Below are positions 25,977 through 38,252 of a DNA stretch of 64,000 bases, piece after piece (position 1 is the first letter of the stretch; every line of letters begins with the position of its first letter). The DNA comes from Euglena gracilis. Lineage: Eukaryota. The position numbers were made by a program, and so were the translations under genes. The notes below the pieces were generated by a model. The model did not search any database and had not been told where the DNA came from. It saw only the letters and a program-made list of their open reading frames with translations. The stretch lies in NCBI GenBank assembly GCA_039621445.1, contig CP154954.1, forward strand, positions 26,672,954 to 26,736,953, read 5' to 3'.

Positions 25977-27916
25977 AAAAAGGGGGAAAGGAGAGGTGAA
26001 AAAGAGCCTGGAGTGGTTGCCTGGGGAGAGGGAGGTTCCATTCTATGCCCCTTCACAGATGCAGGTGGACCCCATCACAGGGCTGAGGCATTGTGAAAAA
26101 TGACGGGAGTTTCCTCGTCATTGGTTTCATTTTTTTATTTCTCCCCTGAAGTTTTCATTCGCCACCACACCCTGGTTTGGGTGAGGCTGGTGTCGGCAAT
26201 CGAGGACATTTCATTGCCCCTGTTGATTTGTTGCCATTTTTCATTGAACTCCCGTGAAATGATTTCAAAAGAGAATGAAGGATTCTCGTGGCTGGGGGGA
26301 AACCAGCCGAGAATATTATTTTTTATACGGGTGGGTGTTTTCCAATCGAGGGATCCCACCCCGGAACGGGAAGGGATGTTGCTAACAACATCAAAAGCAA
26401 AACGTTGAATGAGTGCATGATTGCCACCCGTTTTGTTTACGTTGTTGTGGGTGGATTCCGGTTTGGAAGTTTCACCAAAAATTCTTAACGAGGACAAACC
26501 AACGGAAGCACAACCGAGGGTTTGTTCTTTTGACAGCCTCCTCCAAGTATGGCTTTGAGATTGCCCTGTCGGTTTGGCTGGGCAAAGCCACATTGCTAAA
26601 TTTCCAAATGGGGGAAGGAACCACCCCCCACAACGGTGTGCATGGTTTGCCACCACACTAAGGGGAGGCAAACCGGCACCCAAGGAAGACGCCGAAGCCC
26701 AACACCCCGAACTTCGACGAGGCGTTTGGCTCTGGCAACCATCACTATCCGTTTCATCCACCTACGCAGGTCGGATTGTCAATTCGAAGTCTGGGACTCT
26801 GAGTTGGTCGAGTTGGAGGTTGATGCAAGATATTTGAAACGGTTGTTTTCTGGTATTGGCGTACGAGGAGCATGTGGAGAGAACGACTGGAGATGGTAAT
26901 TTCATCGGCCTACCCATGCGACTCGCTATCCTGACTGATTCAAAAGGTCGTGACTCCTCCCCTTGCGACGACAGTCGGGGGTTTCACCCCCCCCCCTCCT
27001 TTTCGCTTTCCTTGGGATGGGAATGAAAAAAATATTGAAATAGTGCGTGTTAAGAGAAAAAAATGGATTGGGTGAGAGCGCTTGCAAGCGCTTGGAACAG
27101 ATTTTCCTGAGATTGGCGCCTGAGTTCCTGGAGTTTTTGCAAGGGTTTGCAAGACTCAAAAATGATGGAATTCAGCATAATTTATCAAAATCAAGGGGGG
27201 AAAACTTGATTTTGACCTGGGTTGGTTCATTTTGATGCAATGGGCAAGAATTTGGGGTTTCAGAGCGCTTAGGAATCAGCGCACTCAATCTTAAATTTAA
27301 CTGCCCATCAAGGGCATCAAAATCATATTTTCTCTCACAGGATTTACCTTTATTTTCCTTTTGGCCATTGTCAATTGTTGCAATTACAAACAATTATTAT
27401 TGTGAATTCAAGCTTTGAAATTGCAATTGCAAATGGAAAGTCCAATTGAGAACAATCAATCAAGTCAACAAGAGGGTGAGGTTTGTTCCCCCAATCCCCC
27501 TCCATCTGTGGAAAACGGGGCAGGGGGGTGGGGCTCCCAAACTCAGGCAACCACAGACCAAATTTCACCCCAAAACCCCCTTTTTGGCCTAGAAACGGTG
27601 AGAAATGACACCCAGGGGGGGGGGGGTTGCTCTAACTGGTTCAACTGAGCAGGGAGGGGTTGCAACCCCAAAGGCACCCCCCTTGGAAATACCAGTGACA
27701 CCCCACTCAGGGGTCGGGGAGGGTCCACTGGGAAGTTTATCCTTGGAAATGATGGCCCAGTTTCGGCCACGGGGCGATGCAGAATGGGAATAAAAATTCC
27801 GACACAAGTCGGCTCGAGGAGCCAAAAAACGATCCTACGCCGGAAACTGGCCCGGGGCCGGGGTTTCCGCTTCACTCCAGTGCTGCCGTGGAACATGGCA
27901 GCACGGGTGTGAAACA

Positions 27917-28989
27917 AGGGCCACTGGGCAGCAAAAATAGACCTCAAGGATGCCTATTCTCATTTTCCAGTTCGTCCAGGCCTAAGGCCATTTTTGAGAC
28001 ATCAGGTGGGAGGGGGGCAGACCTGGGAATTTCAAACAGGCTGCTTTAATGCGTCAAATTTTCATGTCAGTCATGAAAGCTTTCGAAAAGCTCTGGAGAA
28101 AAAGGGGCATCCAGGTGTTTATTTACCTGGACGACATTTTGCTGGTGTCCCCCACCCAAAACACTTTGCAAAATTACCTGAAAACAGTTTCAAATATTTG
28201 CTGGTTTCTGGGTTCAAAATCAATGTGAAAAAGTCCACCCTCCAGCCTGCCCAAGTAGTAACCCATCTGGGTTTTCAACTGAGCTTCCAGGAAGGAAAGT
28301 TACAGGTGCCCTATCAGAAAGTCAAAACCATCAAAAAGAAACTGGGAAGAACTGTGAAAAAAGGTTGCCTGTGAAAAAGGCAGTTGGCTGCCATTTTTTG
28401 GTCAAATAAGATGCAATCTAATGGCCCTGCTCTTTTTAAGGGCTTTTACGGACACCCTGGAAAAATTTTTGGTGGCAAAGTCCACAGCCTCCTGGGACTC
28501 AAAACACCCCATTTCTCCGGAAATAAAGGCCCAATTAAGGGAAATAAAAATTCTGGAGGACACCTGGGGGGCAGACCCTTCCCCCAAAATGCAACCAGGA
28601 GTTGCACTCAGACAGCAGCACCCATTCCTGGGGGGAGGGGGGGGCTGGACATCCACACAGGAGAACTAGTGCAGGAATTTTGGTGAAAAGACTCCATTTT
28701 AAAAAAAATGTAAAGGAGCTCACTGCAGCAATCAGCACTGTGAAAGGTTTGAGCAAACCTGCGGACACAGTTTCTTTGTCCATAGACAACCAAGGGATTT
28801 ACTATTACCTGACAAAAGGGAGGGGGGCAGAAAGCACTCCTTCAACACAATGCTAAGAACTCAATGCGGAAAGTACTCTTCAACGCAATGTTAAGACCAT
28901 TTTCAAATGGCGCATAGAGCACCAAGTAAACCTTCAAGTCAACTGGGTGCCTTCAAAAGAGTGACTGGCAGACCGCATAAGCAGACGGG
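27917..28989 (+). pseudogene. DIRS-A RT (C-terminal part) and RNase H, frameshifted
   Basis: HWAAKIDLKDAY, YLDD (tacctggacgac ~28124), HSDSS, KELTAA, SIDNQ motifs across frames. Confidence 0.85.
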
Positions 28990-31900
28990 TGTATTGAGAC
29001 CATTGGGTCTCAATGAGTGGAAACTTCAAAATCCCTGTGACTGAAACTTTTCACTGAAATCCTTGGATTACCCTGTCGGGAAACCACTGCCAGTGTGAGC
29101 CAAGGGGGTCCCAATGCCCAATCCCCCTCTTCTGCTCATCTGCCCCAGCAGCTGTAGAAGAGCTGTCCCCTGAGCCCTGTTGGACACACAGCCCCCCCCC
29201 CACTAAATGCAAAGACAAGTGTCGGCTGTCGGCCCGTCGACAGCCGGTTTCTCAACATTCCCCCCGCGATAGGACTCACCCAGTGGGTAGGAAGCTCCAG
29301 AAGTCAATTGGAAGGTGAGCAAAATGTTGCAAGTCTGGAAATACAAAAGAAAAGAATGAAGGAGCAAGGCATTCCATTCCAAAATCATTGTTTGTATGTT
29401 CCTCTCACCCACTGCAAGCACAGGTGTGTCTGACCAAGGTGTGCAGGTTGCCTTGTGTGTGCTTTGCCTTCTGAATCAAGTCCATGCTTCAAAAGGGTCT
29501 TATTTGTGGTTTTCTTTGAATTCAAGGGCAGAAAAAGCCATTTTCAGTTACAAAGTTTTGGATTCTATGCCGGTATGCCAACCCAGCCACTGGCAGGGGG
29601 CGAAAAGCCGGGCCTCCGGCCCTGAGCCCTCCGGAGGCTCTTTTTATTGAAAAACCCTGGGGCTGGGTGGTGACCGTAGGTGGGGGAAAAGGAAGAAGGA
29701 GGCCCAGTCAGTCGGGCACTCCATTACCCAGGCATTTCAATTCATTCCGGTACACCTTTACACTTTCGTCGTCCTTCTTTTTTCTTAAAACCCCCCACCG
29801 ACATGGTAAGCAGAGGTTTGCTGCTGGGCTGTGCCCAGCAGAATCTTTTTGAAATCTGTGGTTTTTTTGGAATCTGTGCACCATAAATCTGCTGGAATCT
29901 GTGAACCAACCAGTTTGTGCTGTAAATCGTAGTGGGTGAATCATCTCGCGTTGGCAAATGGAATGGAATCAAACTGTGAGCAAGGCTCTGGGGGGAAGGG
30001 ACACTGAAAACGGCCCAGATTTTTGCAATTCGCAGTAATAGGAGAATGGGCCAGTGTGAGTGTCAGCTGTGAGCCAAGCTCTAGCTCCAGGTTGTCGGGT
30101 GTGATTTTTTTCTGTGGCTTGTGGTTTTGTCAGTGTTATTTTCAGCAGTTTTTTCCCAATCAGGCTGTGCTTTTTGAACGAACTGTCGAGTCCAATCTGG
30201 AAGATATTTTTTCTGGCAGAAGTTTTCATTTTCAGGTGTTCAGCCCATTTTCATTGGTCGTTTTACAGTTTTGGCTGTGGGAAGTCAAGTTTACGTTTTC
30301 TTCAGCAGTGATTCAAGTTTTTCATCGTTGTCTGGTTGTGGATTTTTTGGATAAACCTCAGAATGCTTGAAGCATGTCATTTTTGAGAAACACCGTTTTC
30401 TCTGGGGTGCACAGTACCCTTTTACTTGTGCTCAAGCAGCCAGACAAACATTTCCAAAAGTTTTTTGTTTTGTGAGTCCCAGTTTGGCTTTGATCGGGGT
30501 GAGTTCACTGCAGAATTGGCAGGTGCTCAATCCACAGACTAGGACATCATTTCAGTGGGTTTGTATGCTGGTCCCATGCATTTGTGGGCTCCGAGTCCAT
30601 CTTTTGGGAGAGGTTTACGGTTTACGGGTTTGTTCAGTGACTTTTTTCCTGTCTGGGACATGCATCGACCTGTTCCATTTTCACAGTTTTGTTGTTCCAC
30701 AGTTTCGGTGTGCTTCCAGTGAGGCAGCCCAGTTCGGTTTTGGGTTATGCCGTTTCGAGGGGAAAAACACCTCTATCGAACACTGGCAGGCAGAGTAATT
30801 TTCATTCATTTTTGGGATTGACTGGTCAAAGAGGGGAACCGGGTGTGTAAATCCGGGAGGAACAGACACCCCCGTCGACACACACTTAAGGGCCCAGGGA
30901 TCCTGAGTTCAGTGGTGTTCAGTTTTCAGTTCAGTGTTCAGTGGTTCAGTTTCAGTTCAGTGGTTTTGTTTTTGGTTGCAACCTGGGGAATTTTTAGTGA
31001 CCAATCCAAGTTTTCAGTTGATGAGTGACGAGGGGGGGAACATACACAAGGGGTGCTGCGGCCGCACCATCTCTTGTATAAACCCCCAAGAAACGAAATC
31101 AGCTGGGACATATGGGTGGTTGCATTTTCTGAGAGCCCCATTCCGGAAAATCTCAGAGTCATCATTGGGCAGCTGAGGGTGTTGTTCAGCTGCATAATCG
31201 CCAGAATTTTGTTTCATGAAATTTGGTTGTATTGTCAAGCCTGTTGGGAAACAAAGTCCACCAGAATATTTCTGGAAAAAATCCCAAAGTGGTGGCAAAG
31301 CTCATTTTTTCCTTGTCCTGTGTGATCTGTTGGCCAATTGGTGAGCCATAATCTCAATCTCATCTGGGTTGGTTTGCTTGGTTGTGGTCGGCTGCACATT
31401 TTTCCAACAGCAGCACTGTTTTTTTGATTTTTCCAACAGCTGCGTTTTGTGTTGCAGCCTGCTGCTGGGGATGCAAATTTTGTCGTAATGGGGTTCCTCC
31501 CTTCCCCAATTGCCATGAGTTGTTCGGCAATATGATAGACAATGATGCATCCTGGTTTTTTTGTTGTGGTTTGGCCACACCGACAAATCAATCTGTGTGG
31601 GTGTTGTGAGAAGGCAGCCATAGGGTCCAGCTTCAGTGGATGTTTGTTGCTGTGTTTGGTTTTTTTGTTTCTTTTTTCCCCTCGTGCAGGTTTTCAACTC
31701 AACAACGCAAGGAGCAAGAATTGAGAGAATTTCGAGGATTTCACCGTGGAGAATTTATCAAGAATTTTGCAATTTGGACTACCACAAGCAGAATTTCGGC
31801 GCCACGGTGGGGTACTTGGAAGTGGTATGGTTAACCAGCTGGGAAGCTAATGCTGAGCCTTGGTGTGTTGGAGCCTGGCTGATAATTGGTTGTGATGCAG

Positions 31901-34900
31901 GGGGTCAACACGGAGTTTGTTTTCCCCCTGTTTGTTGTTTAAGTGAGCCAGTGAGCCAGGCCTGGCAGTCTGAACTCACCGATCGTTCTGCCCAAACATT
32001 CAGGTGGCTGCCAAAATGGGTGCAAGAATCAGCTTATTTTTCCTCCAGTGAAGAAGAGGAATACAAATGTAAATGGGTTCTCCCATCATGTGGGGGGGGG
32101 TCCATTTGGCTGAGTGCACCGAAGTAATTGTTATGACAACTGGGTTACTTTCTTTGGAGAGCCGAGCCTGAGGACCGAGCATTCAAATTTTCCTGGTTTT
32201 TTTTTTGGAATCTGGCAGATTTTGGCCTGGGCCACGATTTTCCCAGTTTTTAACCCCTGCCACCCCGTGTGCTTGGGGGGGGGGGGGGGGGCTCAGCGAA
32301 GCCTGATCCTGTGACTCATTCGGCTTTGGTGGAGCTGAACTTTGTTTTTGCAATCAGTTTGGGAATGTGAAGCCCAGGTTGAATTAATTGAGGTTTTGCC
32401 CTCCAGCCCTTTTGCGGGGGGGGGGGGGCAGTGAGAAGCCCCATCCTTTATGGTGGAGTTGAGTGGTGGTGTTTGATTTCGTTCGGTTAGGACAAGAGGC
32501 CCAGGTTTGTGATTTTTTTTTGGTTTGGAGGCTGAAGCCAGGTTATGCGGCTTGGCCAGGTTATGCCCCTTGCCTCTTGTTGGGGGGGGGGGGGCAGCAA
32601 AAAATCGCCTTGGCTGCGAGACTTGGATTTGAATTTTTGGGATTTTTGAGTTTGCCAAGTTGTTTGACCCCCATTGCCCCGTGTGAATGGGGGGGGGCAG
32701 TGAGAAATTTTCTGGCTGAGAAAGCGGAATTGTATTTTTTAAGATTTTTGAATTTGCTGGGAATCCCCGACCCTCACGGCTGTGTTGCCAGGGGGGGGGG
32801 GGGCAGATCGGTTGGTTATCACGGATATTGTGATTCGGTTTGGCAGGCTGTGCAGTCCACAGTTGTGGGATATTGTGTGGCTGACTTTGGGTTTGGAGAT
32901 TGGAATTCCTGGTTGGATTTGTTGAGGGCTTTTGCAAGCCCTGCTTTTGTGGAGGATCTGTGTTGGAAAAAACCTGGTATTTTTATTTTTTCCAAGGAGA
33001 AAACCGAGTTCAGATTTGCAGACTCAGTTTTTTGATTCGGTTTGGACTTTGAGAACTGCAATTTTCATGGAATATTCGAACTCGGGGGGGGGGGGGTGGA
33101 CCCTCCTCAGGCCCTGGTGTGGGCCAACAAAAAACAGCCACGTGGGCACTCAAGCCCTGTGATATAGTGGCTGAGGGCCAATGTGAAGCCCTGTTCTGCG
33201 TCCAACAAAAAAAAATCGACCCAAGTCATTTTCGGTTGGAATGCATGACAAGGAAGAGGGCGTGCATACACACAAAACATGCAACCGCGCACGCACACGA
33301 ACCCGCACACCCATCTGTACACTATTCCCCCATATAACCGCCTTACCTCGTACCTTTGCGCCTCACCGTTTTTCCTTTTCCTCACCCTTCTTTGCCTTTT
33401 CCTTGTCCCGAATTGGAAAGGAATTCCTCGCTCCTGTTCTTTTTTCCCCCACCCATACAAAGAATTAGGCCGGGCACTGTGAGCCAAGTCCCTGATTCAA
33501 AAGAATTTCATTTCTTCACAAAAAAAAATCAACGAATGTTCAGTTGTTATTGTTTGGATTCTTTCCTTCCTCACCAGGGGCAATATTCTTGAACGCTGCC
33601 AAAGGGACGTTTTAATTAAGGCAGTGTGAGGGACAGGCCTGGGGGGAAGTGTGCCCGAAGATTTTTTTGTTTTCGATTCTTTTATGGGTTCCATGTTCCT
33701 TTTGCATACACAAGTTCGGACTCAACAAAGTACAAGAATTCCCTCACATTTTTGTGGGACGTTTCTTTCTCCCTTCCACCACCGGTGGGGGGGGGGCCAT
33801 TATCACCTGATTTTTCAGGTGCCCCTAAAAGCACTATCAAGTTGCTGGGGGGGGGGCTCACCACAGCCCTTCAAAAAAAAAAACAATGCCCCCAAAGGCC
33901 AAAAACGGCAAAACTTCAAAAAAGAATTTTCCCCCTTTCGGGGGGGGGGGGGGCAAAAATTGGTCCGACTGACGTCGCAAGGGAGGGGGTGTCGGCTGTC
34001 GGCCCGTCGACAGCCGGTTTCTCAACATTCCCCCCGCGATAGGACTCACCCAGTGGGTAGGAAGCTCCAGAAGTCAATTGGAAGGTGAGCAAAATGTTGC
34101 AAGTCTGGAAATACAAAAGAAAAGAATGAAGGAGCAAGGCATTCCATTCCAAAATCATTGTTTGTATGTTCCTCTCACCCACTGCAAGCACAGGTGTGTC
34201 TGACCAAGGTGTGCAGGTTGCCTTGTGTGTGCTTTGCCTTCTGAATCAAGTCCATGCTTCAAAAGGGTCTTATTTGTGGTTTTCTTTGAATTCAAGGGCA
34301 GAAAAAGCCATTTTCAGTTACAAAGTTTTGGATCCTATGCCGGTATGCCAACCCAGCCACTGGCAGGGGGCGAAAAGCCGGGCCTCCGGCCCTGAGCCCT
34401 CCGGAGGCTCTTTTTATTGAAAAACCCTGGGGCTGGGTGGTGACCGTAGGTGGGGGAAAAGGAAGAAGGAGGCCCAGTCAGTCGGGCACTCCATTACCCA
34501 GGCATTTCAATTCATTCCGGTACACCTTTACACTTTCGTCGTCCTTCTTTTTTCTTAAAACCCCCCACCGACACAAGGCTAAAATTATAGCCGGGCCGCG
34601 CCTGATTTTTATCGCTCGAACCACTGGGGTTCGGACTGGGATGGCAGTGTGGGCGGCCCGGTGCCCTGCAGACAAGCAAATCCAAATTACAAGATCAGAG
34701 CTGAAATTAGGAGTGGAGCCTCCTAATTCAAGGGGGAAACCGCACAATTTCACACAGGCCGCAACCAGCCTGAACACAATGACTCAGAAAGCCACAAGCA
34801 TTTGGATTGGTGCTGTGTATCAAATACTATGAGCATTGGGCTTCCTTGTCAAGGTTACCTACCCCCCTCGACAAGGTAGCCCTGAGGTGGGCCCTATCCC

Positions 34901-35779
34901 CTGCAGGGATATAAACTCGGAACTTAGGGCTCACAATCTTGTTAAATGTCTTCTCTTTTTTTTCTTGGACAAGACGGCTCACCAATGCAGCAAACACAGA
35001 ATTCTCCAAGAGGAAAACTTCAACAGCTATGTGAAAATTTCACCTTGAGCTGCACCAAATTCCTGTCTTGGAAAGTCGGCTTGCCAAAAGTAACACAAGC
35101 ACAGAATGTTCAAGAACAAGAACCACAGCACAGCGTACATGACCAGTAACTTCACATCTTGTGGTGAATTGGGGTGGCTGGCAGCCAGGTGGACCTCGAC
35201 CTGGCGCAAAGGTAGGCCTCTTGTTAGGCTGCTGCAGCCACTGCAAACAAAATTCTGAACCACAATTCAAACCAGATTGATGATGACAGCAGTAAATCCT
35301 CCTTCATATCCTCAACACTTGAGCATGGGCAACACACATTCTTCCCACAGATTGTCTCCAGATTGAAACTTTTTCACAGATCTAATCCCAGAATGTCCAC
35401 TTGAAGTTCAATGCTTCAAATCCCATCTGCCATATCACCTTCCAAGTGTCTTTCTTCACAGCCAACCATCTGACAAATGGCCTCCAAGCCACAACAGCAA
35501 ATGAACACAATGTGTATTGAGACCATTGGGTCTAAATGAGTGGAAACTTCAAAATCCCTGTGACGGAAACTTTTCACTGAAATCCTTGAAATTTTCACAG
35601 TATTTGATACACAGCATCAATCCAAATGCTTGTGGATTTCTGAGTCATTGTGTTCAGGCTGGTTGCGGCCTGTGTGAAATTGTGTGGTTTCCCCCTTGAA
35701 TATGGAGGCTCCACTCCTAATTTCAGCTCTGATATTGTAATTTGGATTTGCTTGTCTGCAGGGCACCGGGCCGCCCACA
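28990..35779 (-). mobile_element. LTR element C (267-bp LTR), internally inverted and interrupted by element D
   Basis: Complete LTR 35513-35779; other LTR split into 28990-29067 and inverted 34648-34832; TSD CGGG both sides; removal restores the DIRS RH-MT junction. Confidence 0.85.
29220..34573 (+). mobile_element. Young non-autonomous LTR element D (LARD-like, 584-bp LTRs)
   Basis: LTRs 29220-29803 and 33990-34573, nearly identical, TGTCGG..CCGACA, TSD CAAG, PBS TGGTAAGCAGAGG, PPT AAGGGAGGGGG; no RT/IN motifs seen inside. Confidence 0.92.
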
Positions 35780-35783
35780 CGGG

Positions 35784-36210
35784 AAATAGACAACGGGGAT
35801 TACTCCTTAGACCCCCAACTTTGTCAATGGTTAAGACTGCAATTCCAAAGGTTCATAAATTTGGAAACAGATTTACTTGCCTCCCCAGGCAACAAAAAAA
35901 TACCCAATTTCGTGGCCAGATGGCCCCACTGCGATGCCACAGCCGTACATGCATTACAATGTCCGGCATCTTTATGCAACCTCCCCCCCTGGTCAAAAAT
36001 TCAAAATTTTCTCCCGAGGTTGAGAATGTTTCCCCAGACCAAAGTTTTGATGGTCACCACCTACTGGGATTCAGCCACATGTTGGCCCCAATTAAAAAAA
36101 ATGAAAGTTCCAGGGACCGCCAGCCTGAAAATCACCCCCCTAAGAGGGTATGTTCACCAATTGCAGGGGGGAACAAATGCCACCCCTAGGTGGCCCCTTC
36201 TTTGCATGAT
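35784..36210 (+). pseudogene. DIRS-A N6-adenine methyltransferase (Dam-like) domain, frameshifted
   Basis: DLLASPGNKK, degenerate YANPPW, positioned between RH and YR as in DIRS. Confidence 0.7.
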
Positions 36211-36249
36211 TTGCTCAGGAAAATATTGGAGGGGAAACAAATTCAGGTT

Positions 36250-37060
36250 AAAACCATTGGCTATTTCCTGGGGAGAAACCCTAGTTTAAAACGTTATCAG
36301 AGTCTTTTGCACTTCTGTGGGTAATTTTGGAGCAAATGGGGGTGCCCCCCCCTGAAGCCACCACAGACCAAGTGGCTGACGCTTTAATACAATTAATCAA
36401 ATTTTCAAAGGCCCAAGCCCGTAATGCATATAGTGCAATGCTTTTGATTCCTGGGTTTGGTGGTCTAAGATTCCACCCCCTGTTGACCCCTGACAAGAGG
36501 CTTCGGAACCAAAATCCAGAGAAGTATGGGGCATTTTGGGATCCTCTCCCATTCCTCCTGGGGCTGGCCAAGGCCCCAATGCCCACTGATATTTGTAAAT
36601 TGCGTACACAACTTATTTTGTTGCTCAAAAATCCTCTGTTTATACAGATACTTTGACTTGGCACAAGTCAAACGAACCACCAGTGTTCTGGATAGGGCAC
36701 CCTATATAAAAATTAAGTGTAAATACCAGAATTTTCACAAGTGGGGGAGGGTGGTGTCCATTCCCCAAATTGCACAAATAAGCCCCTTTAATTTAATGAT
36801 GTCTTATGTGGCTGCCACACGTTCATTCGTCAGAACGGGGCGCCCCCTTCTGATTTAATTAAAACCCCCCGTCAGGGCTATAAGCGCAGACACCGTGGCT
36901 TCTATCACAAACGACTTTTTGGCCAAAAAAGGGGTACCCACCAGGTGTTGGGGGCACACTCCACCGGAGGAGCAGGAGTTGGTTTACTCAAAAAATTGCC
37001 AGTGGAAGGGGAGGCTTTTACAGCCCATTATCGACGACTTGTTGCCCAAGGTGCCCTGGA
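36250..37060 (+). pseudogene. DIRS-A tyrosine recombinase, decayed
   Basis: RNAYSAMLL, LCLYR.FDLA, GAHSTGGAG, W..F.AHY, i.e. R-H-x-W-Y catalytic layout. Confidence 0.8.
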
Positions 37061-38252
37061 AAATGCCCTGGCCCCCCTAGTTTCAGTGCACAATCCGGCC
37101 TCACAAGGGCAAGTGCGGAGCCCGAGGTGACTCGTACTCAATCGGGACAACCGAACAGGGAGGAAGGGACACCGAGGGTGAAGCACAAAGACCTTGTGAG
37201 CCCGACCCCCCCACCCGTAAAAGAAAATTTGCCTTCAAAAGCCCTCGGTCAGAAAGTGGGGGCCAGGGTGGGCAGAGGGGGGACCCCCCCAGGGGCAAGA
37301 AGTTACGTCGCCAAGTCGGATCAGCATCGTCAGCCAACTTCGGCGAGGCGGAACTAAGCAGGGGCCTATCCCAACGCAGCAAACAATACAAACAACACCG
37401 CCGGCGAGCAAGGCATGGACTCACAAGGTCTTGTGCTTCGCCCACGATGTCCCTTTCTCCCTGGTCGGTTGTCCTCGAGGGAGCACGATATCTTGGCATG
37501 AAGCAACCACAAATCGGCGCCAATGGCGACACCCGCGGCTCCGCACTTTGCCCTTGAGAGGCCATGCCTTGTTCGCTGGAGAGATTTTCTTTTGTCGAAG
37601 TCCAAAAATCAGCATCAGCCAAACCAGGCGAAAAAGGCACCAAGCAGGGACTCCGAACCACGGCGCCAGAAACTCGCATTGATGCCCCCTCCCCCCTGGT
37701 TGGTTATTCCGCAAGGGCGTACGACGCCCTTTTGAATATGGGCAAAAAAACAACTGCCCAATGGAGGGAAAAGCACCGAAAATCGTAATCAAGCACCGGC
37801 GATAAGTGTCCTGTTTCCCGACGCTCCCGGCCACCTTCGCCAGCTCTGCGACTTTTGGGGCCAATCTGGCATTTTCTTCAAAATCCGAAGTACTATCCGC
37901 CCCCTTTCGATCCAGAAAGGCCAGGTCCCTCTTCCCCCCTGGCATGACGTTTTTTTCTTAAAAAAAAGTCTCTACTTGGCTGCCCTTCAGCTTCTGACTG
38001 GCCTTTGGAGGTCCACCCATTTAGCCATAGCCCCTTTGTTAGGCCGCCTTGGCTTGCCTCCATGGCCGGGGCTGTAAATTCGGGTTTCTTTCACGGCCAA
38101 ATTGAAATGTGCGGAGCGCTGCTGGAAGGCCTCCATTACTCCTCCTGATTCCATCTGAAGATGTAGGGAGGGCTTTCTGCACCCAAGTTCGAATTGCTTT
38201 GGTATTCCGTTATTGTCTTGGCATTTTGCCCACTGTTTTCCTGCGTTTGCCT

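Larger units (their letters stand above)
12600..27916 (+). mobile_element. Ty3/Gypsy chromovirus-like LTR retrotransposon carrying a C5-DNA methyltransferase
   Basis: TG..CA ends; TSD AAGG (12596-12599; AGGG at 27917, AAGG in mirror copy 41623-41626); LTR homology 12850-13405 + 15113-15372 vs 27063-27916; PBS TGGTAAGCAG at 15373; domain order gag-CCHC-DNMT-PR-RT-RH-IN-chromodomain. Confidence 0.9.
10861..37600 (+). mobile_element. DIRS-type tyrosine-recombinase retrotransposon (DIRS-A), decayed and split by nested LTR elements
   Basis: Left terminus GACACCTCGGGCTCC..CCATGCCTTGCTCGCCGGCGG with inverted copies at ~37105-37130 and ~37330-37415; ORF1, RT (12136-12599 + 27917-28370), RH, MT and YR collinear with the copy at 49880-53882. 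Confidence 0.85.

Noticed and set aside
25977-25997. PPT marking the Gypsy 3' LTR start
   Set aside because: Purine-rich, but the following sequence has no match in the 5' LTR
34648-35779. TIR DNA transposon bounded by ~185-bp inverted repeats
   Set aside because: Better explained as LTR pieces of element C after inversion; the CGGG TSD pairs 28986 with 35780
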